Shown in pieces: positions 40,354-52,529 of a stretch of 64,000 nt of DNA (its first letter is position 1; the number at the start of each line of letters is the position of its first letter). The DNA comes from an uncultured delta proteobacterium (lineage in GTDB: Bacteria; Desulfobacterota; Syntrophia; Syntrophales; UBA2192), in the NCBI GenBank assembly GCA_963705165.1, contig CAVPJD010000034.1, positions 1 through 64,000 of the forward strand, read 5' to 3'. Position numbers and translations under genes: made by a program. The notes under the pieces were generated by a model. That model worked only from the letters and a program-made list of their open reading frames with translations. It was not told the origin of the DNA and did not search any database.

Positions 40354-43300
40354 ATGCTATCGAGATTCTTCCTGGATCGCCCGGTTTTCGCGTGGGTCAT
40401 CGCCATCATCATGATGGCGGGGGGCGTGCTGGCGATCTACAACCTGCCCATTGCGCAGTATCCCCCCATCGCCCCGCCGTCGATCGCCATCACCGCCTTC
40501 TACCCGGGCGCCTCGGCGGAGACCGTCGAGAACAGCGTGACGCAGATCATCGAGCAGAAGATGACCGGTTTCGACAGGATGCTGTACCTGTCGGCGACGA
40601 GCGATTCGGCCGGCGCGTCCCGCATCGAGCTGACCTTTGCCCCGGGGACCGACCCGGATCTGGCCTGGGCGCAGGTGCAGAACAAGCTTCAACTGGCCAT
40701 GGCGAACCTGCCGGAGGTCGTCAGCAACCAGGGCGTCAAGGTCAGCAAGTCCACCCGAAACTGGCTGATGTTCGTGGGCCTGATCTCGGAAGACGGGAGC
40801 ATGGACGGCAACGACCTGCGCGATTACGCGCAGTCGAACCTCGAAAAAGTTCTCTCGAGGATCCCCGGCGTCGGCGAGGTGGAGATCTTCGGCAGCCAGT
40901 ATGCCATGCGCATCTGGCTCAACCCCGACAAGATGACCGTTTACCGGATGACGTTCCTGGACGTCATCACCGCGCTTCGGGCCTACAACGTGGAGGTATC
41001 CGCCGGGCAGTTCGGCGGGGCACCCGCTGTGAAGGGGCAGCGCCTGAATGCAAGCATCACCGTCCAGAGCCTCCTCAAGACGCCCGAGGAGTTCGCCGCG
41101 ATTCCCCTGCGCACCAACCCCGACGGCTCCGTCGTGCGCGTCAGGGACGTGGGGCGGGCGGAACTGGGGACCGAGTCCTACGACGTCCAGGCCTATTACA
41201 ACGGAAAGCCTGCCGCCGGGATGGCCATCCGCCAGGCCGCCGGGGCCAACGCCCTGCAGACGGCCGACAACGTCAAGGCCAAGATGGCGGAACTGAGCCG
41301 ATTCTTCCCCGCCGGCATGAAGGTCACCTACCCCTACGACACGACCCCCTTCGTCCGGGTGGCCATCAACGAGGTCGTCAAGACGCTCCTCGAGGCGATC
41401 GTGCTCGTGTTCCTGGTCATGTACCTGTTCATGGGGAACATGCGGGCAACCCTGATCCCGACCATCGCCGTTCCCGTGGTGCTCCTGGGGACGTTTGCCG
41501 TCCTGGGGATCTTCGGCTTCTCCATCAACATGCTGACCATGTTCGCCATGGTGCTGGCCATCGGCCTGCTGGTCGACGACGCCATCGTCGTTGTCGAGAA
41601 CGTGGAGCGGATCATGCGCGAGGAGGGACTCTCGCCCAAGGAGGCCACGCGCAAATCCATGGACCAGATCACGAGCGCCCTGATCGGCATCGGCCTGGTG
41701 CTCTCGGCGGTCTTCGGCCCCATGGCGTTTTTCCCCGGCTCCACGGGCGTCATATACCGGCAGTTCTCGGTCACGGTCATCTCCTCCATGCTCCTGTCGG
41801 TGCTGGTGGCCCTGATCCTGACGCCGGTCCTCTGCGCGTCGCTCCTCAAACCGGTGGCGGCGGGACATGAACCGGCGGAAAACGCGATCTGGTTCCTGCG
41901 CCCGTTCTTTCGGTGGTTCGACAGCCGGTTCTTCCGGATCCGCGAGCAGTACATGCGCCTGGTCCGCCGCTCCATCTCGAACAAGCTGCGGTACCTCGCC
42001 GTGTTTGTCCTGATCGTGGCAGCAATGGGGATCCTGTTTCTCCGCATGCCCACGGCCTATCTCCCCGACGAGGACCAGGGAATCCTGATGGTGCAGGCCA
42101 TGCTTCCGGCCAACTCGACGCTGGAGCAGACCGACGAGGTCCTGGGCCGGGTCCGGGACTATTTCCTCAAGCACGAGAAAGAAACTGTCGAAGCCGTGTT
42201 TACCGTTTCCGGCATCAGTTTTTCGGGCCGGGGGCAGAACGCCGGGTTTTCCTTCGTCAAGCTCAAGGACTGGGATCTGCGCAACCGGCCGGATTTGAAG
42301 GTCGGCGCCGTGGCCGGAAGGGCCATGGGGGAATTCTCGAAGATCCGCACCGCCATGGTGTTCGCCTTTGCGCCGCCCGCGGTGGTCGAGCTGGGACAGG
42401 CCAAGGGGTTCGATTTCCAGCTGCTGGACCGGGGCGGCCTGGGCCATGCCAAGTTGATGGAAACACGCAACCAGCTCCTCGGCATGGCAGCCAGGGACCC
42501 GGCCATGACGAAGGTCCGCCCCAACGGCCTGGAGGACGTTCCCGAATACCGGATCGACGTGGACTGGGAGCGGGCCGGGGCCCAGGGAGTGCCCATCAAC
42601 TCGATTCACCATACGATCGCGGCGGCCTTCGGCAGCGCCTATGTCAACGACTTCATCCAGGGTGGGCGTGTCAAGAGGGTCTATGCCCAGGCAGACGCCC
42701 CCTACCGCATGCTGCCCACCGACCTGGAGAGGCTCCACGTGCGCAATGCCGCGGGCAGGATGGTTCCCTTCTCCTCCTTTGCCTCCGGTCACTGGACGTC
42801 CGGTTCCCCGAAGCTGGAGCGCTTCAACGGCTTCCCGTCCATCAACATCCTGGGCGAGGCGGCGCCGGGCCGAAGCTCCGGCGAGGCCATGCAGGCCATG
42901 GAAGGATTCGTCCGGGAGCTGCCGCTGGGGGTCGGCTACGACTGGCAGGGGCTGTCCTACCAGGAGCGGATGGCGAGCTCCCAGGCGCCGCTGCTGTACG
43001 CCTTCTCCATCTTCGTGATCTTCCTGTGCCTGGCGGCGCTCTACGAAAGCTGGCCCATCCCGATCTCGATCCTTCTGGTGTTGCCCCTGGGGGTCATCGG
43101 GGGCGTCATTGCCTCGAGCGCGCGGGGTCTGCCCAACGACGTCTATTTTCAGATCGGTCTTCTGGCCACCCTGGGTCTGACCACCAAGAACGCCATCCTG
43201 ATCGTCCAGTTCGCCAAGGCCGGCGTGGAGCAAGGGATGGGGCTGGTCGAGGCCACCCTGGAGGGGGCGAGACTGCGCTTTCGCCCGATCATCATGACCT

Positions 43301-43599
43301 CGCTGGCCTTCGGATTCGGTGTTCTGCCGCTGGCTGTGGCGACCGGCGCCGGGGCGGGGGCCCAGAATGCCATCGGCACGGGCGTGCTGGGGGGCATGGT
43401 GACGGCCACTGTCCTGGTGATCATTTTCGCACCCCTCTTCTTTGTGTTGATCGAAACGTTCCTCGGCAAAGGCCGGAGGGGTGATGCGGCCGCTTCTGGC
43501 AGCGCCAAGCCATTCTTCAGGGTGCTGAAAGAAAAACTCTTTCAGCGTAGAAATCGGCAGGCTACCGGGACAGAACATGTAACCCCATCAGAGGATTGA
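40354..43599 (+). CDS. RND efflux permease (AcrB/MexB, HAE1)
   Basis: [44 protein letters not shown]. Confidence 0.97.
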   Translation: MLSRFFLDRPVFAWVIAIIMMAGGVLAIYNLPIAQYPPIAPPSIAITAFYPGASAETVENSVTQIIEQKMTGFDRMLYLSATSDSAGASRIELTFAPGTDPDLAWAQVQNKLQLAMANLPEVVSNQGVKVSKSTRNWLMFVGLISEDGSMDGNDLRDYAQSNLEKVLSRIPGVGEVEIFGSQYAMRIWLNPDKMTVYRMTFLDVITALRAYNVEVSAGQFGGAPAVKGQRLNASITVQSLLKTPEEFAAIPLRTNPDGSVVRVRDVGRAELGTESYDVQAYYNGKPAAGMAIRQAAGANALQTADNVKAKMAELSRFFPAGMKVTYPYDTTPFVRVAINEVVKTLLEAIVLVFLVMYLFMGNMRATLIPTIAVPVVLLGTFAVLGIFGFSINMLTMFAMVLAIGLLVDDAIVVVENVERIMREEGLSPKEATRKSMDQITSALIGIGLVLSAVFGPMAFFPGSTGVIYRQFSVTVISSMLLSVLVALILTPVLCASLLKPVAAGHEPAENAIWFLRPFFRWFDSRFFRIREQYMRLVRRSISNKLRYLAVFVLIVAAMGILFLRMPTAYLPDEDQGILMVQAMLPANSTLEQTDEVLGRVRDYFLKHEKETVEAVFTVSGISFSGRGQNAGFSFVKLKDWDLRNRPDLKVGAVAGRAMGEFSKIRTAMVFAFAPPAVVELGQAKGFDFQLLDRGGLGHAKLMETRNQLLGMAARDPAMTKVRPNGLEDVPEYRIDVDWERAGAQGVPINSIHHTIAAAFGSAYVNDFIQGGRVKRVYAQADAPYRMLPTDLERLHVRNAAGRMVPFSSFASGHWTSGSPKLERFNGFPSINILGEAAPGRSSGEAMQAMEGFVRELPLGVGYDWQGLSYQERMASSQAPLLYAFSIFVIFLCLAALYESWPIPISILLVLPLGVIGGVIASSARGLPNDVYFQIGLLATLGLTTKNAILIVQFAKAGVEQGMGLVEATLEGARLRFRPIIMTSLAFGFGVLPLAVATGAGAGAQNAIGTGVLGGMVTATVLVIIFAPLFFVLIETFLGKGRRGDAAASGSAKPFFRVLKEKLFQRRNRQATGTEHVTPSED

Positions 43600-43603
43600 T
43601 GAG

Positions 43604-45007
43604 ATGAACAGGACCCCATTCCTTCTACTGGTCGTGGTCGTTGCGTTCCTGGGGGGATGCAACCTCGCGCCGACGTATGCGCGCCCGGAGGCCCCCGTGC
43701 CAGCCGACTGGCCGGGCGGCCCCGCCGACAAAAAGCAGGTGGCCAAGCCGGGCCAGGCCGCGGCCGATATCCCGTGGCGGGATTTCTTCGTCGACGGGAG
43801 GTTGCAGCAGGTCATCGACCTGGCGCTGGCCAACAACCGCGACCTGCGCGTGGCCGCGCTGAATGTCCAGCGAACGCAGGCCCTCTACCGCATCCAGCGG
43901 GCCGAGTTGTTGCCGGTCATTGACGCGCAGGGCGTCTTCAGCAAGCAGCGGGTGCCCGGCATCCTCTCGCAGAGCGGTCAACCGGCCACGGTGGAACTCT
44001 ACAACGTCAACCTGGGCGTCAGCTCCTGGGAAATCGATCTCTTCGGCCGTATCCGGAACCTGAAGGATGCTGCGCTCGAGCAGTACCTCGCCACGGAGCA
44101 GGCCCGCGCGAGCGCGCAGATCACGCTCGTGTCCGCAGTGGCCAACACGTACCTGACCCTTGCAGCCGACCGCGAGAATCTCAAGCTCGCCCAATCGACC
44201 CTCGAGACCCAGCAGGCGACCTACGAGATGATCCGGCGTCGCGCCGAACTCGGCGCCTCCTCCGATCTCGATCTCCGCCAGGCTCAGACCCGCGTGGACG
44301 CGGCGCGGGTGGACATCGCCCGGTACACGAGCCAGGTGGCCCTCGACGAAAACGCCCTGACCCTCCTGGTCGGCTCCCCCGTTCCGCCCGGGCTTCTGCC
44401 CGTCGAACTGGGCGAGGTCGCGGCGCTCAAGGATTTCACACCCGGCCTGCCCTCCGAGGTGCTGCAGCATCGCCCCGACATCCTGGCGGCCGAAAGTCAG
44501 CTCAGGGCGGCCCACGCGAACATCGGCGCGGCACGGGCGGCCCTGTTTCCCCGCATCACGCTCACCACGAGCATCGGCACCACGAGCGACCAGCTCTCCG
44601 GGCTCTTCACGTCCGGCTCGGGGACCTGGGCTTTCGTGCCGCAGATCGTCATACCGATTTTCGATGCCCGCTCGTGGGTGGCATACGACGTGACAAAAGT
44701 GGACCGGGAAATCGCCCTGGCCCAATACGAGAAGGCGATCCAGGCGGCCTTTCGGGAAGTGGCCGATTCCCTTGCCCAGCGCGGCACCCTGGGCGATCAG
44801 CTGCAGGCCCAGCAGTCGCTCGTGGACGCCTCCGCGGAGAGCTATCGCCTCTCCGATGCCCGGTTCACGAGGGGGATCGACAGCTATCTGCGCGTCCTGG
44901 ACGCGCAACGCTCGCTCTATGGCGCGCAACAGGGGCTGATCGCCATTCGCCTCGCCCGGCTCACCAACCTGGTGACGCTCTACAAGGTGCTGGGGGGAGG
45001 CACGTGA
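43604..45007 (+). CDS. Outer-membrane efflux lipoprotein (OprM/NodT-like)
   Basis: LGGC lipobox, ALANNRDLR, WEIDLFGR, RPDILAAE, LYKVLGGG. Confidence 0.95.
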   Translation: MNRTPFLLLVVVVAFLGGCNLAPTYARPEAPVPADWPGGPADKKQVAKPGQAAADIPWRDFFVDGRLQQVIDLALANNRDLRVAALNVQRTQALYRIQRAELLPVIDAQGVFSKQRVPGILSQSGQPATVELYNVNLGVSSWEIDLFGRIRNLKDAALEQYLATEQARASAQITLVSAVANTYLTLAADRENLKLAQSTLETQQATYEMIRRRAELGASSDLDLRQAQTRVDAARVDIARYTSQVALDENALTLLVGSPVPPGLLPVELGEVAALKDFTPGLPSEVLQHRPDILAAESQLRAAHANIGAARAALFPRITLTTSIGTTSDQLSGLFTSGSGTWAFVPQIVIPIFDARSWVAYDVTKVDREIALAQYEKAIQAAFREVADSLAQRGTLGDQLQAQQSLVDASAESYRLSDARFTRGIDSYLRVLDAQRSLYGAQQGLIAIRLARLTNLVTLYKVLGGGT

Positions 45008-45135
45008 CGGTCAGGAAGACCATAGACGTCATGATTGGAACGTTCTGCATCCACTACCGGCTGCCGTTGCTGCACAACGACAGGGATTTCGATCCGATGG
45101 TGAAGTTCCTGGGGCTGGAGGTCATCGAGACATAA
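45004..45135 (+). pseudogene. C-terminal fragment of a PIN-domain (VapC-like) nuclease
   Basis: VTVRKTIDVMIGTFCI...LLHNDRDFDPM; only about 43 aa, and the N-terminal PIN motifs are missing. Confidence 0.8.
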
Positions 45136-45556
45136 CCGATTGCGCCGCCGCTACTATGATAACCTGACCGTCCCCATATAGAGCACGAAATGAGTTGTGC
45201 ATCCATGGAGACGCCTTGAGCGGGGAGAGCGCCGTATAAGCCGAATAGAATTCTATTCCCTTTCCCCGTTCCCCTTTCGATGTTCCCGGTCCGGGTACGC
45301 GCATGACCCGGCCGGAGATTTTAGAGGCCGTCCGGGAATCAAGAGACCGCGGCTGAAACATTTCATGTGAGGCAATTCGTGTTCCTGCTGCATGCTTGAC
45401 GTGCCTCTCTTTTCCCGATATGATCCCCCCAAAGTACAAAAAGCAAGCCCCCGGAATTATACGTGAACCGGGGTCGTTGTTTAGGGGCCATGCCGCGGCC
45501 TGATCGGAGTGTGCGCGGGGATGGTCTTTTTTCGTTAACCCCGACCGGGATCCCCC

Positions 45557-47083
45557 ATGGAACTGTTCATCCTGGCGGCGGTCAGTCTCACCATCGCCGT
45601 CTCCCTGCTCCTCAAGAAGGAAAAGGACACCGTCCAGCTCTCCTTTGCGCTCGTGTGCCTGGCCCTTTTCCTCCAGAAGGGCGGCAGCTTTTTCAACGGC
45701 CTCTTCGAGGATCCCATCTGGCGCGTCATAAGCCTCGCGGGTCTTCTCTTTCTGCCGCCCCTTCTCGTTGAGTTTGCGCGCAACATGCTCCGCGGCAAGA
45801 CCTTCCTGTCCCGCAAAGAGGTCGTCGCCACGGCGGTGTTGAGCCTGTTGTGGGCTGTTGCCTTCTTCACGCCGCTGGCTCGCGCGTCCTGGTTTGACGA
45901 GGCGCTTCTGGCTTACCTGCTTCTGGTGATGCTCTATTGCCTGGGGGCCCTGCTGCTGTTCATTCGCGGGCGTGCGCCCGGAGTGGAGCGCACCCGGTTG
46001 GTCTACGTGACGATGGCCTGCGCCATAACGGCCGTGATCAGCCTCCTCGACATTTTCTTTTACATGGGATTCCGTTTCCCGCCGGTTTCGAACCTGGCCC
46101 TGGCAGGGCTTTTGTACTTCGTGCTGATCATCGTCATGCACCCGAGGCTCCCCGAGCTCTACGAGATCATGGTCCGGGGGCTCGTCGCCTGTGTCATCAC
46201 GCTTTTCGCCACGAGCGTCTTCTTCTTCATCCTGGGGCTCTTCGGCACGATCACCCCCATCTACTTCACCCATGTGCTCACGGCCTCCTTCATCATCGTC
46301 ATCTCCTACGACCCCTTCCGGGTCATCATGAAGAAGGTCTTCAACTATTTCTTCCCCGAGGCGAAGGACATCTTCTCGTCCATCTACGGCTTCGACCAGG
46401 AGCTGGAAAAGGAGAAGTCGCAGCTGCTCGAGGAAATGGCGACGGCGCTGGCCCACGAGATTCGCAACCCCCTGGGATCCATCAAGGGCGCAGGCCAGTA
46501 CCTTCGCTCCGAGACGGACAACCCCGAGAACCAGAAGCTCCTCGACGTCATCATCGAGGAGGCCGACCGGCTCAACAACGTCGTGACCCAGTTCATGAAC
46601 TACGCGAAGCCCTACGCCGTGAGCCCGAAGATGTACAATTTGAACGGGATCATCGAGAAGGCCGTTGCGGTCATCCGGGCAAGCGAGCTGCCGGGAGGGG
46701 TCCGCATCGAGACGGAGCTCAACCCGGATCTGCCCGAGGTCTTCGTCGACGGCGAGCAGATGAAGCAGATCATCCTGAACATCGCCTTCAATGGAATCGA
46801 GGCCATGCCCGACGGGGGGACCCTCACCCTCCGCACCACCCGGATCGAGAGCGAGGAGGGGGAGGCCGTCGGGATCTCCATCCGCGACACGGGCAAGGGG
46901 ATGTCGAAGGAGGACCTCGAGAACATCTTCAAGCCCTTCTTCACGACCAAGGAGCGGGGGGTGGGCCTGGGGCTTTCCATCTGCCAGCGGATCGCCAAGA
47001 ACAACAACGGCTCCATCCGGGCGAAGTCCCTCCCGGGGCAGGGGTCGATTTTCTACATCAGGATCAATCTGCCGCAAGCGTAA
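45557..47083 (+). CDS. Multi-TM sensor histidine kinase
   Basis: LAHEIRNPL H-box, N-box, DTGKG, FFTTK, GLGL. Confidence 0.95.
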   Translation: MELFILAAVSLTIAVSLLLKKEKDTVQLSFALVCLALFLQKGGSFFNGLFEDPIWRVISLAGLLFLPPLLVEFARNMLRGKTFLSRKEVVATAVLSLLWAVAFFTPLARASWFDEALLAYLLLVMLYCLGALLLFIRGRAPGVERTRLVYVTMACAITAVISLLDIFFYMGFRFPPVSNLALAGLLYFVLIIVMHPRLPELYEIMVRGLVACVITLFATSVFFFILGLFGTITPIYFTHVLTASFIIVISYDPFRVIMKKVFNYFFPEAKDIFSSIYGFDQELEKEKSQLLEEMATALAHEIRNPLGSIKGAGQYLRSETDNPENQKLLDVIIEEADRLNNVVTQFMNYAKPYAVSPKMYNLNGIIEKAVAVIRASELPGGVRIETELNPDLPEVFVDGEQMKQIILNIAFNGIEAMPDGGTLTLRTTRIESEEGEAVGISIRDTGKGMSKEDLENIFKPFFTTKERGVGLGLSICQRIAKNNNGSIRAKSLPGQGSIFYIRINLPQA

Positions 47084-47141
47084 AGTCAGCTTGACGCCCG
47101 GAGCAAAGTAAATTAAAGTCAGCCGTTAAACCGCCCCGTCC

Positions 47142-48533
47142 ATGGTAACGCAAGTGTCTAAAATTCCTCCCAAAAAGATCCTCATCGTCGATGACGAGGT
47201 CAACATGCGCCTTGTCCTCAAGACCATGCTGAAAAAGGAGGGCTACGACGTCGAGACGGCGGCCGACGGGCTGGAGGCCCTCGCCCTGCTGAAGCGCCAC
47301 GACGTGACCGCCTGCGTCACCGATCTCAGGATGCCGAAGCTCGACGGCATGGGGCTTCTGAACCGCATGGTCGAGGAATACCCGTCGATCCCGGTGATCA
47401 TCATCACGGCCCACGGCACCGTCGCCACCGCCGTGGACGCCCTCAAGAAGGGGGCCTTCGACTACATCACGAAGCCCTTCGACCAGGAAGAGCTCAAGAA
47501 CGTCATCGGCAAGGCCGTCAAAACCCGCGTGCTCAGCGACGGGGAGGTCCAGTTTGTCGGCGCAGAGCTCGACCGCGGCGAGATCGTGGGCTCGAGCCCG
47601 TCCATGGTGAAGATTTTCGACATCATCAAGAAAGTGGCTCCCACGACGACGACGATCCTCATCACCGGCGAGACGGGGACGGGCAAGGAGCTCGTGGCTA
47701 ACGCCATCCACGTCAACAGCCCGCGCAAGCTCAACCCCTTCATCAAGATCAACTGCGCGGCGATCGCCGAAACCCTCATCGAGAGCGAACTGTTCGGCTA
47801 CGAGAAGGGCGCCTTCACGGGGGCCGTGTCGAACAAGCCGGGGCGCTTCGAGCTGGCCCACAAGGGAACCCTGTTCCTGGACGAGATCGGCGATCTTCCC
47901 CGGGAGATGCAGGTGAAGCTCCTGAGGGCGATTCAGGATCACGAGTTCGAACGGGTGGGCGGCATCCAGACGATCAAGGTGGACGTGAGGCTCGTGGCCG
48001 CTACGAACCGCAACCTCCAGCAGGATGTGAAGGAAGGCCGCTTCCGGGAGGATCTCTTCTACCGGCTCAACGTCATGCCGATCCACGTCCCGCCGTTGCG
48101 GGAGCGCAAGGAAGACATTCCCGCGCTCGTGAAATACTTTGTCGATAAATTCAACCGCAAGCTCGACCGGCAGATCACCGGGGCGGATGCGGAGGTCATG
48201 GAGCTTCTCCGGGACCACGACTGGCCGGGAAGCATCCGGGAGCTGGAGAACCTCATCGAGCGGCTCGTTCTCATGGCGAAGGGCGGCGAAATCGTCATGG
48301 GCGACGTCCCCGCCGAGTTGATCGAAGCCGTCGAGGAAAAGGCACAGAGGGCGGCACCGGACGATAAAAGATCCATCAAGGAGCTCATCCGGGAGAAGAC
48401 GGGGGACATCGAGAAGCAGATGATCGTCCGGGTCCTCGAGGAGTGCGAGGGGAACATCTCAAAGGCGGCCCGGCAGCTGGGGCTGAGCCGCAGGGGCCTC
48501 CATCTGAAGCTTGCAAAATACAATCTGCGCTGA
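47142..48533 (+). CDS. Sigma54-dependent response regulator (NtrC/AtoC family)
   Basis: REC domain, [22 protein letters not shown], Fis-type HTH. Confidence 0.96.
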   Translation: MVTQVSKIPPKKILIVDDEVNMRLVLKTMLKKEGYDVETAADGLEALALLKRHDVTACVTDLRMPKLDGMGLLNRMVEEYPSIPVIIITAHGTVATAVDALKKGAFDYITKPFDQEELKNVIGKAVKTRVLSDGEVQFVGAELDRGEIVGSSPSMVKIFDIIKKVAPTTTTILITGETGTGKELVANAIHVNSPRKLNPFIKINCAAIAETLIESELFGYEKGAFTGAVSNKPGRFELAHKGTLFLDEIGDLPREMQVKLLRAIQDHEFERVGGIQTIKVDVRLVAATNRNLQQDVKEGRFREDLFYRLNVMPIHVPPLRERKEDIPALVKYFVDKFNRKLDRQITGADAEVMELLRDHDWPGSIRELENLIERLVLMAKGGEIVMGDVPAELIEAVEEKAQRAAPDDKRSIKELIREKTGDIEKQMIVRVLEECEGNISKAARQLGLSRRGLHLKLAKYNLR

Positions 48534-48554
48534 TTGCGGAAGGAAGAGGAAACC

Positions 48555-51527
48555 ATGGTCAACCGAATCGAGATCGGTTTCAGGAAGAACATCCGCGACG
48601 CCCTGGGCGAAAAGGTGAAGCGGCGCATCGTGGAGAACCTGCAGATCCATGTGGAGCGGGTGAGCACCATCGACGTATTCACCATCGAGGGCGATCTCAC
48701 GAAGACGGATCTCAGGAAAGCGGCCACGGGCCCCCTGTCGGACCCCGTGATCCAGAAGCACGCCATCAACAGCGCCCTTGCCGAGGGGTTCGACTGGCTC
48801 ATCGAGGTGGGGTTCCTCCCCGGGGTGACGGACAACGTGGGCAAGACGGCCACCGAAGCCATCGAGCTTCTCATCGAGAAGCGAAAACCCCTCAAGGTCT
48901 ACACGTCGCGCCAGTATGTGATCCATGGAAAAATCGGCCGCAACGAGGCGCAACGGATCGCCTCGGGCGTGCTTGCCAACGATCTCATCGAGCGCTGCGA
49001 GATCGTCGAAGGAAAGGGCTGGGATCCGAAGCAGGGAATGAAACCCTACATCCCGAAGGTGGCGGCGGTGGACGACCCGCGGGTCGACGAGATCGATCTC
49101 AACGTGCCCGATTCGACGCTCATGGAGATCAGCAGCCGGGGGACCCTCGCCCTTTCGCTCGAGGAGATGAAGGCCATCCAGGCCTACATGAACGACCCGC
49201 TGGTCATCGAGGCCCGAAAAAAAGCCGGCCTCGGGGAGTTGATCACCGACGTGGAACTGGAAGTGCTCGCCCAGACCTGGTCGGAGCACTGCAAGCACAA
49301 GATCTTCAACAGCCTCATCCGCTACGAGGAAGAGGGCGGCAAGACGCTCGAGATCGACTCGCTCTTTTCGACCTGCATCAAGGGCTCCACGAAGGAGATC
49401 CGCGAGCGGCTCGGAGCCGACGACTGGTGTCTCTCCGTCTTTGTCGACAACGCCGGCGTGATCAAATTCAACGACGACTGGAACCTCGTCTTCAAGGTGG
49501 AGACCCACAACTCGCCCTCGGCCCTCGACCCTTACGGCGGGGCGCTGACGGGAATCGTGGGCGTCAACCGCGACCCCTTCGGCACGGGCATAGGCGCCCG
49601 CCTCATCTTCAACACGGACGTCTTCTGCTTTGCCGACCCCTTCTACGACAAGCCGCTGCCGAAGCGGATTCTGCACCCGCGGCGCATCTATGAAGGCGTG
49701 CGCGAGGGCGTCGAGCACGGCGGCAACAAGAGCGGCATCCCCACGGTGAACGGCTGCATCGTCTTCGACGACCGCTTCCTCGGCAAGCCACTCGTGTACT
49801 GCGGCACCGCCGGCATCATGCCCGCCTTGATCCGCGGCGAGCCAAGTTACGCCAAATCGATCCTTCCCGGCGATCTCGTTGTCATGACGGGGGGTCGCAT
49901 CGGCAAGGACGGCATCCACGGGGCGACATTCTCCTCCGAGGAGCTCCACGAGGGATCGCCCGTCTCGGCCGTCCAGATCGGCGACCCCATCACCCAGAAG
50001 AAGATGACGGACTTTCTCCTTATCGCCAGGGACCGCGGCCTCTATCGGGCCATCACCGACAACGGGGCCGGCGGCCTTTCCTCCTCCGTGGGCGAGATGG
50101 CGCGCATGTCCGGCGGCACCGAGCTCGATCTCAAGAATGCCCCGCTCAAGTATGCCGGTCTCAACCCCTGGGAGATCCTTCTCTCCGAGGCGCAGGAGCG
50201 GATGAGCCTGGCCATCCAGCCCGAGAAGATCGACGAGTTCATGGAGCTTGCCCGCAAGATGGAGGTGGAGGCCACCATCCTGGGGAAATTCACGGATACC
50301 GGAAAGTTCCACATCCGCTACGGCGGAAAAACCGTGGCCTGCCTCGACATGGAATTCCTTCACGAGGGCGTGCCCCAGATGAAGCTTACGGCAAAGTGGG
50401 TACCCTCGAAGCACCCGGAACCGGACATCCCGGAGCGAACTGATTACGGCAAGGCCCTGAAGAAGATGTTTTCACGGCTCAACATCTGCAGCAAGGAGTC
50501 GGTGGTGCGGCAGTATGACCACGAGGTCCAGGGCGGAAGCGTCGTGAAGCCGCTCGTAGGTGTGGCCAACGACGGCCCGAGCGATGCCGCCGTCGTGCGG
50601 CCGGTTCTCGAATCCTACGAGGGCGTTGTCGTGGCCAACGGGATCTGCCCGCGCTACAGCGACATCGACGCCTATCACATGGCAGCCTGCGCCATCGACG
50701 AGGCGGTGCGAAACGCCGTCGCCGTGGGCGGCACGCTGGAGCGGCTCGCGGGGCTCGACAACTTCTGCTGGTGCGACCCTGTCCAGTCGGAAAAGACGCC
50801 GGACGGCCATTACAAGCTCGCGCAGCTCGTCCGGGCAAACCTCGCCCTCTACGACTATACCCGCATCTACGGTGTGCCCTGCATCTCCGGCAAGGACAGC
50901 ATGAAGAACGACTACCAGATCGGGGACACGAAGATCTCCATCCCGCCCACGCTGCTCTTCTCGGTCATCGGCCGGATCGAGGACGTGCGCAAGGCCGTGA
51001 CGATGGACGCCAAGCGCGCGGGCGATCTCGTCTACGTGCTGGGCGAGACGAAAAGGGAGCTGGGCGGCTCCGAGTGGTATGCCATGCACGGCGCTGTCGG
51101 AAACGACGTGCCGAAGGTGGACGCGGCTCGCGCGAAGGCGCTCTACACGGCCCTTTCCATGGCGATCCGCCAGGGGATCGTGGCCTCCTGCCACGACTGC
51201 TCCGACGGCGGCCTTGCCGTGGCCCTGGCCGAGACGGCCTTTTCCGGCGGGCTCGGCATGAGTGTCGATCTGGCGGCCGTGCCCGCAGGCGGGATCGCCC
51301 GGGACGACGAGGTGCTCTTCTCCGAGTCCCAGAGCCGGTTCGTCGTCACCGTGCGGCCGGAGAACAAGAGGGCTTTCGAAGTGGCGCTTGCCGGCAGCCC
51401 CATCGCCTGTGTCGGGACGGTGACGGCCGAGGGCCTCTTCCGCGTGAAGGGCCTCAGGGGCATCGTGATCCTCGAGGAGAAGATCGGGGATTTGAAGGAG
51501 GAATGGCAGCGGACGCTGCGCTTCTAG
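48555..51527 (+). CDS. purL: Phosphoribosylformylglycinamidine synthase, synthetase subunit with N-terminal PurS-like extension
   Basis: WSEHCKHK, KVETHNSPS, DNGAGG, LSEAQERM, QYDHEV, DCSDGG. Confidence 0.95.
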   Translation: MVNRIEIGFRKNIRDALGEKVKRRIVENLQIHVERVSTIDVFTIEGDLTKTDLRKAATGPLSDPVIQKHAINSALAEGFDWLIEVGFLPGVTDNVGKTATEAIELLIEKRKPLKVYTSRQYVIHGKIGRNEAQRIASGVLANDLIERCEIVEGKGWDPKQGMKPYIPKVAAVDDPRVDEIDLNVPDSTLMEISSRGTLALSLEEMKAIQAYMNDPLVIEARKKAGLGELITDVELEVLAQTWSEHCKHKIFNSLIRYEEEGGKTLEIDSLFSTCIKGSTKEIRERLGADDWCLSVFVDNAGVIKFNDDWNLVFKVETHNSPSALDPYGGALTGIVGVNRDPFGTGIGARLIFNTDVFCFADPFYDKPLPKRILHPRRIYEGVREGVEHGGNKSGIPTVNGCIVFDDRFLGKPLVYCGTAGIMPALIRGEPSYAKSILPGDLVVMTGGRIGKDGIHGATFSSEELHEGSPVSAVQIGDPITQKKMTDFLLIARDRGLYRAITDNGAGGLSSSVGEMARMSGGTELDLKNAPLKYAGLNPWEILLSEAQERMSLAIQPEKIDEFMELARKMEVEATILGKFTDTGKFHIRYGGKTVACLDMEFLHEGVPQMKLTAKWVPSKHPEPDIPERTDYGKALKKMFSRLNICSKESVVRQYDHEVQGGSVVKPLVGVANDGPSDAAVVRPVLESYEGVVVANGICPRYSDIDAYHMAACAIDEAVRNAVAVGGTLERLAGLDNFCWCDPVQSEKTPDGHYKLAQLVRANLALYDYTRIYGVPCISGKDSMKNDYQIGDTKISIPPTLLFSVIGRIEDVRKAVTMDAKRAGDLVYVLGETKRELGGSEWYAMHGAVGNDVPKVDAARAKALYTALSMAIRQGIVASCHDCSDGGLAVALAETAFSGGLGMSVDLAAVPAGGIARDDEVLFSESQSRFVVTVRPENKRAFEVALAGSPIACVGTVTAEGLFRVKGLRGIVILEEKIGDLKEEWQRTLRF

Positions 51528-51542
51528 CGCTCCGCGCTAGCA

Positions 51543-51647
51543 GTAACTGGTTGAATAGGTAATTGGTTGATTAGGAATAAGAGGAAAAGAGATTTTCCAT
51601 TACCCAATTACTTAGTTACTTAATTACTCAATTACTCAATTACTCAA
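51543..51647. repeat. Inverted pair of 8-nt tandem arrays
   Basis: gtaactgg ttgaatag gtaattgg ttgattag, then ttacccaa ttacttag ttacttaa ttactcaa x3. Confidence 0.82.
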
Positions 51648-51664
51648 TGAACTTGAGGTACGGA

Positions 51665-52525
51665 ATGCCGAGAATAGTCAAGTCGATCGTACTGACAGGG
51701 AACGGGACGAACTGTGAGCGGGAGATGGCCCATGCCTGCAGGCTGGCGGGGTCGGACGAGGTGGACATCGTCTACATCCACGAGATTTTGAACGGCGAGA
51801 AGCGTCTTGACGACTACCACTTCCTGAACCTTCCGGGCGGATTTCTGGATGGCGACGACCTGGGCTCGGCCAAGGCGGGTGCCAACCGGATCGTCCACGC
51901 GAAGATCAGGGGAAGCGGCGAGCCGCTCCGGGACCAGTTCCTCCGGTTCATCAACGAGGGAAAACTGATCCTCGGCGTCTGCAACGGCTTCCAGCTCATG
52001 GTGAAACTCGGCATCCTCCCTGCCTTCGACGGCGAGTACTTCAAGCAGACGGTGACGCTCTCCTTCAACGACTCGGGCCGTTTCGAGGACCGCTGGGCCT
52101 GGCTTGCAGTCAATGAGAAGTCGCCCTGTGTTTTCACAAAGGGGCTGCAAAAAATCTATCTTCCCGTGCGCCACGGCGAGGGAAAGTTCATGGCCAAAAG
52201 CGCCCCGATCCTGAAGCGGCTCCACAGGCAGCAACAGGTCGTTGCCTGCTACTGCACGGAGAGGAGCGACAAGCCCACCCAGGAGTACCCTGCAAACCCC
52301 AACGGCGCCGTCGACGCCATAGCCGGCATCTGCAACGAAACGGGGCGCCTCTACGGCATGATGCCCCACCCCGAGGCCTACACCCATTACACAAACCACC
52401 CCCGCTGGACGAGGGAGGACCTGCCCGAAGAGGGGATGGGGCTGGCGATCTTCAAGAACGCCATCCGGTTCATCCGGAGCGATGAGTTCGAACAGCGGCC
52501 GGAGAGAAGCCGGGAGGCGGGATAG
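51665..52525 (+). CDS. purQ: FGAM synthase glutaminase subunit
   Basis: GTNCERE, PGGFLDGD, GVCNGFQ, HGEG, MMPHPE. Confidence 0.96.
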   Translation: MPRIVKSIVLTGNGTNCEREMAHACRLAGSDEVDIVYIHEILNGEKRLDDYHFLNLPGGFLDGDDLGSAKAGANRIVHAKIRGSGEPLRDQFLRFINEGKLILGVCNGFQLMVKLGILPAFDGEYFKQTVTLSFNDSGRFEDRWAWLAVNEKSPCVFTKGLQKIYLPVRHGEGKFMAKSAPILKRLHRQQQVVACYCTERSDKPTQEYPANPNGAVDAIAGICNETGRLYGMMPHPEAYTHYTNHPRWTREDLPEEGMGLAIFKNAIRFIRSDEFEQRPERSREAG

Positions 52526-52529
52526 TCGA

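Noticed and set aside
40357..43578. 1073-aa minus-strand ORF
   Set aside because: Antisense shadow of the RND permease.
45136..45556. Long intergenic region with small hairpins as a possible ncRNA or riboswitch
   Set aside because: No recognisable 6S, c-di-GMP, SAM, TPP or tRNA consensus by eye. An Rfam scan would be needed.
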